NCBI GenBank assembly: GCA_973895155.1
Contig: OZ316891.1
Coordinates: forward strand, 22,897,884 to 22,961,883
DNA from: Marsupella aquatica
Taxonomy: Eukaryota > Plantae > Marchantiophyta
DNA: 64,000 nt
Direction: 5' to 3'
In this document: positions 1-12,200 of the stretch, in pieces
Layout: the number at the start of each line of letters is the position of its first letter
How positions within the stretch are numbered: the first letter of the stretch is position 1
The notes under the pieces: generated by a model
The model's database searches: none
Told to the model about the DNA's origin: nothing
The model's input: only the letters and a program-made list of their open reading frames with translations
Translations under genes and position numbers: made by a program

Positions 1-1669
1 TGACAGCTTTAATCCAACCAACCCCGGGACGCCCTCGACCTGTCTGAAAGTCATACCAATGCTGCGATGTAGGGACATGCAAACCTAGGTGTGATGCAAC
101 AGATGACAGTGATGTATATGTGAGCCCGACACATAATGTAGAGTGATACAACTTGGTGGTAACCAAAGGTGAACCCCTTCTTGACTCCATCTCTCCAGTA
201 AGAAAAGTCCAACCATGTCCCTCCAGCCCACAACTAATCCGTATAGACCACAACTGTTGTAACTCCCTCACATGATGTACTGTAGGGGTCAAAGGGCATC
301 CGGATATATGACATCTAGGTAGTAGTTGCTCCACAAAAGTATGCACCAAATGGCGCTCTATGAAACCAACTGTGGCAGGCTCACGGGGTCGGAATCTTGT
401 TTTTGGAACCTCTTCATGAGCCTCACAATGTTTCACATGACTAGGAGGGATCTGAGAGTCCATCACTACAAGAGGAGGGATTTGAGAATCCATGACCTCA
501 ACTTGAGAAAGTTGGGAGTCCGTCACGTCAACAGGCACCACTTGAGAATCCATTACCGCCGAGGGAAGCGACTATGAATCCTCAATGCAAGTTGTTTGAG
601 TCTGGTACATGACCAATATATAACACATAACAGACTAAGTATGCTTGCAAACTTTTCCTGTAAAAAATATTAAAATATAAAAGTTGTAAGTTAAAATACC
701 ATAAAGTTACATTACATACCTGGCCCCCTAGAGCAGCCACCACATCTGGATCATCATTTCCAAAGATGATGTCATCGTCACCAAAAGATCCCTGGATAAT
801 GTCCTCAGGCCATTCATTGTAAGCCTCAAATACTCTCCCACTCTGGTGCATTCCCTATGGATTAGATACAAGAGTTGGTGGTCAAGGAAAAACAAAAATT
901 CATGAAATGGACAAACAATAACATTGAAGACTCAGGATAGATTAGAGAATATAGATAAAAAACACTACCAACTTAAAATGCTGATGTATGGTGAAAGAAA
1001 GGACAGAGGAAAAAGTAAACTTGGGAAAGAAGTGTGAGTGAGAATGGGAAAGAAATGTGAGTGAGAATGAAAAAAATAAAGGAGGCATTAGACCTGAGAC
1101 TGGTCAAAATCCATGGGTCCCCTCTCATGTCGTGAGTGTTGTTCCTCGTCCAAAGACTCCTGGTGATGTTTGACTTGAAAAAGTTAGTACATTAAATTGT
1201 GAAAACTGAAATTGCAAGATTAGATAAAACCAGCAAGTTATACAATGAAATAGAATAGGAAAGAACCTCTTACATGGAGGGAGTTGTTGGCCGGGACTGA
1301 ATTGAGATCGAACATGTGTTCTTCAGGTACACCAAGGGGTTCTTCATTCTCCACCCCAAGTGGCAATGCCTCACTTGCAAGTGTTGCTGCCTGGACCACT
1401 TGCCGTCTCTTCAACTCGTGTATCGCAGCACTGCACTTGTCAAGTAACCAATGAATGACTGTAGCATGGGTGGTATTCAAGTCATCTCCCAATAAAAGTC
1501 TAAGTTCCTCCCACTCATCCCATCGCTCCACTGGGACCCGGATTGGTGGCTTGGCATGCGGTCTCATCCTCTTCCTATACTCCATGTCATCACTCAGGTA
1601 CTTTGGTCTTGAAGGACCACCGCCCCGGGGAGGACGTTTACGCCGCCTACTAGGAAGGTCAGTCGGCTC
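1..1669 (-). pseudogene. Intron-containing transposase-like gene, N-terminal part, with at least one in-frame stop
   Basis: Exon-like pieces at about 1270-1669 (MEPTDLPSRRRKR...WLLDKC), about 720-870 (acidic) and about 1-610 (DSQ repeats, then VPKTRFRPREPATVGFIERHLVHTFVEQLLPRCHISGC...SCGLEGHGWTFLTG...WYDFQTGRG, open from 553 to the window edge). GT donor at about 719; TAG at about 573. Confidence 0.55.
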
Positions 1670-1695
1670 CATCCTAGACACTGTGTCAGCCAAAG

Positions 1696-1985
1696 TACTA
1701 AAAAAACTAATGTATTATCTAGATAAAAATTGCAAAACCACTAAAAATTGCAAAAACCACAAAAAGAGTGTACTAAAAAAAACTAATGTATTACCTAGAT
1801 AAAAATTGCAAAATTACTAAAAATTGCAAAAACCACAAAAATAGTGTACTAAAAAAAACTAATGTATTACCTAGATAAAAATTGCAAAATTACTAAAAAT
1901 TGCAAAAACACAAAAAAGTGCACTACGAAAAACTAATGTATTACCTAGACAAAAATTGCAAAACCACTAAAAATTGCAAAACCAA
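1696..1985. repeat. Tandem repeat, about 75 bp x about 4
   Basis: Unit GTACTAAAAAAACTAATGTATTACCTAGATAAAAATTGCAAAA(CC/TT)ACTAAAAATTGCAAAAACCACAAAAA recurs at about 1696, 1771, 1847 and 1920. Confidence 0.9.
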
Positions 1986-3509
1986 AGGAAAGAAGGACCG
2001 AGACCGAATGCCAAGCTCACCCTACACAATAATAAGACAAAACAAGGGCCTTGCACAAAATCAAAGATGAGGAAGAGAGAAATGACAAGATACTCAAACC
2101 CAAGAGGCAGAGACAACTTTGATAGAATACACTAGCGTGGCCATTTTATACCTTTGCGTGTACAGTATTCCGGTTTCGCCTGTACCCCGACCTGTACATG
2201 GTAACCGTCGGATCGTGGATCTGACGGACATAAAAATGCAGATTGTTCATGACACTGCTTAGTTGCCAGGCAACTTCTTCATTTTCAAAATTAGAATAGG
2301 ACAAGAGTTGATCTCGAACCCTCTTGGAGGTTCTCAAACTTCCCAACGAATCTGACAGCAATTATTGTTGTCCTTGACAGAATAAAGGACATATTATATA
2401 ATGATGATGAGAATCTGTATAGTACGTTGAGTTGTACCCTTTAGACTGTACTATGGCTGCTGCAGCTGCCCGGATCAAATTCAAATTTCAAAAAAACCCC
2501 AGCCAATGGGATTGCAGCGTTTGTTTTTTACCATTTTCTCCCTGAATATTGCGTATTTTGGGATGCCGTTTTTTCCCAACCGTAGGTCTCGACAAGATCT
2601 ACAAAATGAGCCATAGATGAGATCGAACGGACCAGTATAGGCGCGGGTGCAAGTCAGTATCCGACGGTATCGGGGAGGCACAGCCGAAATACGCGATGGT
2701 GTTTTTTCTGTACATAGTGAGTAATGAAGGCTCCGCGTTACGCGGAGCACTTTAAAGGGTGAGTAGTGGTTTAAGTGGTTTCAAGGGCACGAGGCCCTAT
2801 AAATGTACGAGCTAGCCAGGAGGGCTCGGGTGCATTTAAGAAGGGTACGAGGAAGTATTTAAAGGCCCCTGTACCCGATACGCAGGACAAAGTGGGAATG
2901 TGAAGGGTCAATGCGCGACCCAATGCGCAGGAGGGCAAGGCACGGAACAGTTTTTTTTAAAAGAAATGTTTTGAGGTCGGTAGGGACGAACGCTTGTCCC
3001 TAGTCTTCATTGTTTTTTCTTTTAAGTGTTCTTTTTTCTTTTTCTCTCCGCGATTACTCTTATTTCCCAGGTGGACAGGTGTTGGCTCCACATTTCTTCT
3101 GCTGTAAAATTTGACTGTACTTTGATTCCCTCCAAAAGATACTTTTCCAGAGAGCTGAATTTTGGCCAAAATTTCCAAATTCGGCAGTTGTCGAGGCAGA
3201 ATTTTTTCGCACAGCTTTGCAAGGGGATACTCAAGGGAGTTGAGCATGGGCCTGTGAAATCGATTTGCATCTAACTATTGCGAAATTTTTTCGGGACCTA
3301 AGATACCCGACGGGGGTCAAAACGGCCATTTTGACCCCCCTCCGGTCCGGGTTGAATAAGTTTTTGCTGGAGAAGTTTTTTGCCAAATCATTTTCAGATC
3401 TTGGTAGTGTACCTTGCAGGCTACGCGGCGGTGTATTCCATTTCCACTTTCACCAACTTTCATTTTTTGGTGACTTTTTGGGTGGAGGTATTTCGGTTGT
3501 GTTTCTTGT

Positions 3510-6500
3510 GTGTTTGTGGCAGCATCAATGACTTTAAGAAAGCTTGCAGCGCCAAAGTTTGAGGTGGAGAAGTTTGACGGGAAGGTCAGCTTCAGCCTTT
3601 GGACTCGAAAGGTGACCAATGTGTTGATCCAGCAAGGTCTTAAGAAGACCCTCACTGGAGTGAAACCCTCGAATCTAACAGATGAGGAGTGGGAGGACAT
3701 GTCGGTGCAGGCGTGTAGCACAATTGAGTTGTTCTTGGCAAACAACATTCTCAAGAACGTGTTGGGGATGGATCGGAATGCCAAGAAGATCTGGGATATG
3801 CTTACTCAGCTATACCAGAGTGCTTCGTTGACTACTCGCATTTATCACTTGGAGCGGTTGTTCAGGTTGAAGTTGAAGGATGGTGGCAACATGCGTGATC
3901 ACCTCAGTCTCTTCGATGAGATTGTGCACGAGGTGACCACGGCGGGAGACAAGTTGACCGATGAGTATCTTGCGATGCATTTATTGATGTCGCTTCCTCA
4001 GACATATTCAACATTGGTGACGGTCATCACACATGACAAGTCTACGTTGAAATTGGATGAGGTGAAGGCTACCGTTCTTGCAGAATGGGGCAAGCGACAA
4101 CTTTCTGGCCGTGATAATGAGTCTGTTGCCTTAGTGGTTAGAGGCAGATCGACGGAGCGTACTACGGATCAGTCTAGATCTAAATCACACAGTAGATCTA
4201 AATCTAAGTCCCATAGTAAGAAAGTGCAGTGTTGGCATTGCCATGAGAAGGGCCACACAAAGTGGAATTGTCCTTCTCTATCAAAGCAGAAGCGTCTTGC
4301 TTCCAATGGTGCATCCTCATCGTCAGCTGGTATTGTGATTGCTGATAATGAGGATGCTGCTGAAGTGCTATGTATTGGTGCTATGAATTCTGTGTATGAC
4401 AATAAATGGATGTTGGATTTGGGTTCCTCTTATCACGTGTGTCCAACGCAATCGTATTTCTCCACTTACCAACCTTGTATCGGTACTGTGGAAATCGGAA
4501 ATGGAGTCCGATGTGCGATTGTTGGCATGGGGACTATCAAATTCCGGATGTTTGATGGTGTTGTGCGAGCACTGACGCAAGTCAGACACATACCAAACAT
4601 CTCTAAGAATTTGATTTCTCTTGGTGCTTTGGAAGCTGGTGGATCTCATTTCACTGCACGTGATGGTGCGCTCTTTGTCGTCAAAGATGATGTATCTTTG
4701 ATTAAGGCGCTACGGCAAAATAATTTGTACATCTTGGAAGGAGATGTCATTGCTCCTAGAGTGGAGCATGTGGATTCTGTGGTGGAACGTTCGGATGCAG
4801 CGGCAACATCTGCTATAGAGTTATCTACGGCTGCTTCAATTGAAGCACCCTCAACATCTGGTCGCACACAAGCCATAGATTTGTGGCATGCACGGTTGGG
4901 GCACTTGAGTGGTAAAGGATTGGCAGCCTTGGCAAACAGAGATTTGCTGCAAGGCGCTCAGTCTGGTAAACTCTCTTTCTGTGAAGATTGCATCTTCGGC
5001 AAGCAGAGGAGAGTGAGTTTCAGTTCTAGTTCATACCATTCTCATGAAATTCTTGAGTATGTACATTCGGATGTTTGGGGTCCAGCGCCGGAGCCGTTGT
5101 TGGGTGGAGCCAGATATTTTGTGACGTTTGTAGATGATTACTCTCGAATGTGTTGGTTGTACTACATGAAGGAGAAGTCTCAAGTCTTTGACATTTTCAA
5201 GGAGTGGAAAGCCATGGTAGAGCTACAAATTGGGAAGGAGTTGAAGTGTGTTCGGTCTGATAATGGTGGCGAGTATAAGTCCAATGAGTTTGATCAATTT
5301 GGTTGGGACCTTGGCCTCAAGCGTCATTACACTGTACCGGAGACCCCGCAGCAGAATGGAGTTGCAGAATGATTGAATCGGACATTACTGGAGAAAGCAT
5401 GCATCATGCTATGTAAGTCCAAGTTGCCCAACAACTTTTGGGCTGAAGTTGTCAACCAAGCTGCATACGTCTACAATCTGTCACCGCATAGTAGTAAGTT
5501 GATGCAAACTCCATTTGAGTTGTGGTATAAGAGACCTGCTGATTACTCTAGACTCCGAGTTTTGGTTGTGCTGCCTATGTTCACATTGAGCAAACACACA
5601 GGTCTAAGTTGGATCCCAAGTCTAAGAAATGTATTTTTCTAGGCTTTAGTCCTGGGCAGAAGGGCTATAAATTGTGGGATCCTGTCGATTGCAAGGCAGT
5701 TGTGAGCAGAAATGTTGTTTTTGACGAAGAATGGTTGTCAAGACCCCGGGATATTCAGGAGGAACAAGTGGAGGAACCCACTACGGTGGAGCTTGGTGGT
5801 GATGAGGAAGCTGCTGGTCCCTTTGGTAGAGGAGCAATTCCTCAACCAAGGCGCTCCACCAGGGCCAATTTTGGCCAACCCCCTGATAGATTTGGTTTTG
5901 CAGATCCTCGTGTTCATGTTGTTGAACATGACAATGATCCCAATGTTGTTTTGCTTACTGAAGATGGAGACCCCTCTAGCTATGAAGAAGCTATGGCCTC
6001 TCCAAAGAAGGATAAGTGGTTGGAGGCAATGTTGAAGGAGATGAATTCTTTGAAGAAGAATTCAACTTGGCGCTTAACTGACATGCCTCGCGGGAAAACA
6101 CTGATTCCGTGTAGATGGTTGTACAAGAAGAAGCAGGATGGCACTTACAAGGCACGCCTTGTGACCAAAGGGTACACCCAGAAGGAGGGCTTGGACTACA
6201 CGGAGATTTTCTCACCAGTTGTCAAACTCGCTACTATCCGTGTTTTACTTGCGATTGTGGCATTCTATGATCTTGAGTTAGATCAGATGGATGTAATTAC
6301 TGCTTTCCTGCATGGATTGCTTGATGTGGAGATTTATATGACTCAGCCTCCAGGTTTTATTGATGAGAAGATCAGACACCTGGTGTATAAGCTCTTGCGC
6401 TCGTTATACAGATTGAAGTAGAGTCCCAGATAGTGGAATAAGCGTTTTGATTCCTTCATGTTATCTCAGGGGTTCACACGAAGTGAACATGATTGTTGTA

Positions 6501-7543
6501 TTTACATGAAGGAGGTGGAAAATTACTCACGCTTTGGTTACATTGTGCTGGCATTGTACGTGGATGACATGCTGATCCTGGCTGAGAATAAGTCTGATGT
6601 TGCCCATCTGAAAGCAATGTTGAGTAAGGAGTTTTCAATGAAGGACTTGGGTCAGGCCAAGAAGATACTAGGGATGGAGATTCATCGTGACAGGGAGCAA
6701 AGGCAATTATGGTTGTCTCAAGAGGCAGTATTTGGAGAAGGTACTTGCCAAGTATGGAATGGAGAATGCAAAACCAGTTGGTACTCCATTGGCCTCCCAC
6801 TTTAAACTCTCAAAGAATGATTGCCCTTCTAGTGAGAGTGATAGACTGGCGATGAAACATGTTCCCTATGATAGTGTTGTGGGTAGTTTGATGTATGCAA
6901 TGACATGCACTAGACCTGACATTGCCCACGCTGTTAGCATTTTGAGCAGATTTATGGCAAATCCTGGTAAGCTTCACTGGGAAGCAGTGAAGTGGGTTTT
7001 GCGGTATCTGAAAGGTACCTTAGATTGTGGGATCTTATTTGACGATAAAGTAGACTCTACATTAGAGTTGGAAGGTTTTGTAGATTCAGATTATGCTGGT
7101 AACTTGGATAACAGGAAGTCTACTACAGGCTATGTGTTTATGCTGGGTGGAGGTTGTATCAGCTGGAAGTTGGCAATTCAATCTTGTGTTGCGTTGTCTA
7201 CTACTGAGGCTGAGTACATGGCTGCATGTGAGGCAACCAAGGAGCTGATCTGGCTACGGAGATTGGTGAGTGATCTGGGTTTTCACCTGAAAGACCGGTG
7301 CTGCTGTGCGACAGTCAAAGTGCTTTGCATCTGGCTAAGAACCCTGTGGTCCATGCCAGGACAAAGCACATTGATATTCGTTATCACTTCATCCGTGAGG
7401 TGATTGAGACGAAGCAGATGTTTCTGGAGAAGGTGGCTTCAGAGGAGAATGCGGCAGACATGCTTACCAAAGTTTTACCTACCAGTAGCTTTAGTCATTG
7501 TGTGGATATTATTAATGTTAGGGCCCTACCAGTGACTATGTAA
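3510..7543 (+). pseudogene. Copia gag-pol polyprotein, disrupted
   Basis: KFEVEKFDG gag start, CWHCHEKGHTKWNC zinc knuckle, protease WMLDLG (DSG mutated), WHARLGH, integrase VHSDVWGP/RSDNGGEY/QQNGVAE, RT KARLVTKGY/LYVDDML, RNase H DSDYAG/STTEAEY/KHIDIRYHF. Stops at 5370, 6419 and about 6431; frameshifts near 5560, 6720 and 7290. Confidence 0.95.
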
Positions 7544-7610
7544 ATATGTTACTTAGTTACATATTGTATATCACCTGACTCATTGTGTGAACTTGAGTTA
7601 AGGTGGAGAT

Positions 7611-7907
7611 TGTTAGGAATTGACTCTAGTTCCCGACATAGTTAGCTTGGTCTTACTAGGGTTAGTTTTAACCCTAGATTACATTAGGATAAGATCCGCT
7701 TAGTTTAGGCCCACTCATCTTGGCCCCCTTGGGGGGTATAGGCTGGAGGGAGAGCACTCTCTCCCCCTCATTCTTCACATGTACTCTCATTTGCTATGGA
7801 GCCTTCAGGAGTTTCTCCACTCGGGGTGTCTCGTCGGTGTAGCGTCTGATTGAGTGTCTCTCATGTTTCCGCATTGCTGTCTAGTCCGGAGCCGACAGTT
7901 TCTTACA
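7611..7907 (+). repeat. 3' LTR of the Copia element (about 297 bp)
   Basis: Starts TG directly after the polypurine tract and ends CA; imperfect terminal inverted repeat TGTTAGGA/TCTTACA. Confidence 0.7.
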
Positions 7908-8548
7908 TGACGATGAGCGACTAAGGATGGGCAAGGTGACTGAGGTCGAAGCTGGCACGAGGAATGGAGGGCTGGTACACTGCAAGGGAATGGCCCCCCT
8001 TTTATACTTTGAGGACTCGTCAGTCGCCCGTCTCCTCCTCGTCACCGATAGGCCGAGCCCTTCATGCTTGCAATGTACCGGCCACTCCGCAGGTCCGGGT
8101 CAGCGCGTGTTAGTGGCCACCTCCCGGAGTTTGTTATACGGACCCGAGGGGGCCCATTACATGCTCGTAACCTGGCGTACGAATGGCGACTCGCTGCCAG
8201 CCCGAACGTGAATGCTCCTTATTGACTAATGATTCCCTACTCATAAGTACTACCTAATTATTGTCGCTATGCTAATAACTACGGCCTAAGATGTCCCTAA
8301 CGCGCGTGCCAAGCGCGACTAGGCCGGATCACTCATTAACCGCCGTACTGGTGGCGTCACAGCCGGGCAAGTCCAAACCGGGATCATTCATGCAAAATTA
8401 CAGTAGATGACCCACCGAGCCGACGGAATCAATCATTTGGAACGATCATGCAAGCGAATTACAGCCGATGGCCCACCGAGCCCACGGAATGGTGAATCCT
8501 CCAGATACACAGTTCCTATAGTAATCTCAATTACAGTAGCTCACAACA
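7908..8548 (-). mobile_element. Probable fragment of an unrelated LTR in reverse orientation
   Basis: GC-rich block ending ...TCACAACA (TGTTGTGA on the minus strand), minus-strand GTATAAAAGGGGG TATA at about 8000, and short internal repeats (CCCACCGAGCC x2). No TSD found. Confidence 0.4.
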
Positions 8549-9074
8549 CTTTCTCTCTTTCTCTACACGCAACCACAAACTAATCTTGACGACGAGCAAC
8601 ATCACCTTCACACCACGAGCTGACTAGCAATTGTCACGTTGCTATGATCAAGAACAAAAAACGACCACTGCAAACATGGTCCCTATCAAAACAGGTGAGT
8701 CGCCACACAAAATCCTGATTGACCCATAGTCGCCCATCAAGCATACTGAGCAGCCCAATCGAAAAAAGCTTCTCCTTACACTTCTGTAGTCAGTTCATAT
8801 TTTTAAAGCACCAGCTCTGAGGGTTTTCATCGTGACAGCAAACAGATTTACTCTTACGAACAAAATAGACAATCTAAAAATGTGTTATTAGAAGTCACAA
8901 TTTTCAAAATAATTTAAAACACAACAATGTTTGCAATTGAAAACACAGATGGGGAAACGAAAGCTTCACAGAATCTCAGTCATTTCACAAATGCATTTTC
9001 TTCCCCAGTTCTGAACCCACAGATTTTCGCAACAGATCAATAGAACTTTAGTTGAAGGCAATTGTAAACCCCTC

Positions 9075-9394
9075 GTGAATTTTTTTCTTTGTATATGTGT
9101 ACTAGGTTATGAGGCATTACCCCCAGGTGAAGTCATGGAACCCCTAGGCCAGCCTGGCCTGGGGATTATGAAATTTGAATGAGAAATAGGGTAAGTGCAA
9201 CTGGCAAATAGTGACGGATCACCCTTTTACTGTTTAAAACTGAACTGAATGTTGAGTAAAAATTCACTCACGCTTTACGCTCGGTAACTCATCCCCACTT
9301 GGGGATAATGGATGTAACCCGCTCGGGCTCAGCCCCCTCTGGGATTACATACCATTACCCCCTCTTGGGGATGGGTTACCCTACACTAAACCTC
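9075..9394. mobile_element. About 320-bp insertion with a hairpin at each end
   Basis: Absent from the paralogous site at about 34140. Left hairpin CCCCTAGGCCA-GCC-TGGCCTGGGG; right hairpin with about 38-bp arms at 9283-9320 and 9341-9380. Flanked by TAAACC(CC)TC/TAAACCTC. Confidence 0.6.
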
Positions 9395-9941
9395 TGTGAT
9401 GTACTTGCCAGGAGAGAAGGTCCAGCAGCATGACCTGGTTTGCGTCAAGACGTTCAAAGGTCTCCTACTAATTTCAAGAATCAGTAAGACTGTACTCTGC
9501 CCAAGATGACGGTAACATTCCCATTATCATATTCTGGTACAATGGGTTCCATCCAACTTGTAGGAAGTGCTCATCAGTTACGTTCTGTACAGCTCCACCG
9601 TATATATTTCACAAGGTGAGATTCATGTTGGTTCCAGAATTAGAGCCTTGCCCTGTTTCAACACTCTTTCCCTCGAAGGTTGCTGGATCTCTTGAGTATT
9701 CCTCGTGGCTACCCTAATACATACTCCAATGTAGGCCATGTACTACGGATGCAGCATTGGAGCCTTGGATGTGATGTATAGACTAACAAGTGATTGTCAG
9801 TGGATTAGCTGACCCTGGTGGAATCTGAGAACGGACCTCATCTTGGAAGAAACCCATGCCATCACAACAGTATCAGCAAACACACGCGTCCAGCAAAGTA
9901 AAGGGAGTCATCGTTCATACGCAACAAAATCAACGGCACAA

Positions 9942-12200
9942 CTATGCGCCCAGAGAAGCGTTCATGGAGGGCTGAAGCTCATCCACAGACTTGGACAGTT
10001 CAGCAGCATCATCACCTTCTTCTGCCCACCCCTCGTCTGAGTCCAGACCTGTGCCCGATCCCTTGAATCTGTAAAGCCTACGAAAATCCTGCTGGAGCTG
10101 GTGGTGGTAGTGCCGATACCTTTCCAACCATTCACGGGACTGATCCTGAAGAGGAAAGCCAAAATTCTCCAACCCGTCTGTTTTCACATGAACCAATCCT
10201 TCGAAGATCAGCCGGGCTGTTCGCATCACTCCGGCTCTATGGACAATCAAACTTATCGATGTCCCCACTTGCTGCTGCTCGGAGTGTAGAAAGATCTCAA
10301 TGCGTCCGGATGGATGCTCGATCACCACCCGGTTCTGGTTCCTGGCAATGCTGGACTTGGTGGATAACTCGTCAGCGACACTGCCTCGCAGAATGCTGCA
10401 GCACCCAATGCAGATTGCCCCAGTGACGGCCATGGACGCGTGCGCTTTGAAGGGGACGAGGTATCGGGCTGTGATGTTGCCTGTGGGCTCTCTCGGCTCT
10501 GCAACGATGGCGAATTTTGGGATCACCCGGCCGGTCACGTCGCCCAGCCCCATCTTCCTGCCTGCAATCACTCGAATCGCCTCCATCTTCCTGACATCAA
10601 ATGAGAAACAATTTCAAGTTGCCTTTCCCAAAGAGAAATCAGTGAAGGGTCCTTCTACACATTAACTCCCGATTCCCTACACTGATATGATATCTGAAGT
10701 TGATGCTCGGAAAGATCATCCTGTTTGACTTGACACTAACTACAGTCTACAAACGAAGATCGGTCAACACCAGAACACGTGAGTTCCATCTATGCAAAGA
10801 AAAGATTTCTTCAAATGTGAAAGAAATGGTTCAGACCAATCCACCTTCCTTTTCTGCGGATTTCTTAAGTTGATGGATCATACTTGGATCACACTGTTTG
10901 TCTTGAGTATTTTCATGGATCATCTATTTTTTGATACCCCCCAAAATGAGTTTGTAACTAACTGATTTGGTAGGTTGATGTGTGTGTAGGTGGGATGGGT
11001 TTTGTGGGTAGTGGATGGGAGTTTGGATTATCTACTAGAAACCTTGTTGTACACTTTGTGGCCCTGTTTTAATCCTCTCTCTCTCCTGGTGCGGGTCACT
11101 CACCTTGAAATGGGTCCCTACAATGAATGTATGTCACTATTGGGGTGATTAGAGACTCCTAGGTGTTCTTCCCCATTTTAAAGAGTTCTTATGCAAAGAA
11201 AATACACATAGTAAAATTTCTTGTTTTAGAACAATGAAAGTTTCAGGGTTCCATCCAAACTTATTGTCACTCATTGCAATCTATTGGAACTTCAGCCCAT
11301 CTAAGCATCTTGTCAATCATTGCAATATGTTGGAATTCCAATGTCCCGGCTTGCTTCTTCCAGTTTTATTAGGGGAATTAGGGGAAGGTAAAATCCACCC
11401 CATGATTTACTAAACTCTGAACCCTAAATTTCTTTCAATTCAAGACATATTGTAGGGTCAAGTACAAACCTGAAAAAGTTGATATCGTCATCGAGGTCCT
11501 CAGGGCTCTCATACCCTGTTTTGCCAAATGAAGAAGCCCTGGCAATGACAACTGGCATTGCCACATCAATGCAAGTCACCTCAATGCCATTGATCCAATC
11601 ACAGACTCGCCCTGTTGGCAGGAGCTTCCCTCCAGTTTTTGACCCCACCACATTCATGAAGTTGAGGGTGATTGGGGCTGCTGTCCCCGGCACGCCGTCA
11701 ATCACTGCATTGCCGTCGTATGTAACGGTGCCATTTGGAGTATGGACAACGGCCTCCACGAGGGCATCATTGTTTGTGGCCCGGATTCTAACCATGGTCA
11801 CAGGGTGGCCAACCTTGGGAACCAGCCCCATTTCAATTGCAGCAGGGCCCACCCCGGCCAACATGTTCCCACATGTGGGTTCCCAGTCCACATAGGATCG
11901 ATCGACCAGTACCTCTGCAAAAGTGTAGTCCACGTCGACGCCAAGTTCCCTGGACCCCGTGATGATGGCCACTTTGCTAGTGACTGACTTGGCACCTCCA
12001 AGACCGTCGATTTGGAGGGGATCTGGCGACCCCATAACTCTGAGCAGCACCTTGTTAAGGGCCTCCTTCTCTTGGGGTAAGTGTTGTTTCATGAAGTAGG
12101 TTCCTCGAGAAGTCCCCCCCCTCATTAGCAGACATGGGATCACCAACTTCGGAGGCATACTGCTCTCTCTGGCTGCTGCCAAGATTGGTCTGCTCGTCAT
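9942..12200 (-). CDS. PrpF-family isomerase (4-oxalomesaconate tautomerase GalD/LigU/FldA-like), 2 exons: 12200-11470 and 10590-9942
   Basis: MRGGTSRGTYF, MGSPDPLQIDGLGGAKSVTSKVAII, DVDYTF, PTCGNMLAGVGPAAIE, Y.G...IDGVPGTAAPI.L.F, LLPTG, IDVAMP, then AIRVIAGRKMGLGDV...IPKF, AHASMAVTGAIC, IEHPSG, RTARLIFEGLV. The GT-AG intron 11469-10591 joins in frame (...FFR|KMEAIR). No stops; the start codon is tentative. Confidence 0.92.

Larger units (their letters stand above)
1..2751 (-). mobile_element. Probable Kolobok-type DNA transposon (5' part; runs off the window)
   Basis: Minus-strand terminus reads TTAA|AGTGCTCCGCGTAACGCGGAGC (TTAA at 2752-2755; palindrome 2730-2748). A spliced minus-strand ORF inside has an IRV...WDEWEELR..LG..THATVIHWLLD motif and a C..C/C..GH.W/KLYHSTLCVGLTY..L...LGL..P...WYDFQ region resembling Kolobok transposase N-termini. 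The catalytic core and second end are outside the window. Confidence 0.55.
2756..7907 (+). mobile_element. Ty1/Copia LTR retrotransposon (Tnt1/Tork-like), degenerate; 5' LTR not seen
   Basis: gag-pol at 3510-7543, PPT AAGGTGGAGAT just before a 3' LTR TGTTAGGA...TCTTACA (7611-7907). No matching 5' LTR or PBS found upstream; the left boundary is approximate. Confidence 0.85.

Noticed and set aside
5370-6433. In-frame TGA/TAG codons as programmed readthrough or RNA-editing sites
   Set aside because: They fit C-to-T decay of CGA/CAG in methylated transposons and co-occur with frameshifts; U-to-C editing in plants is organellar.
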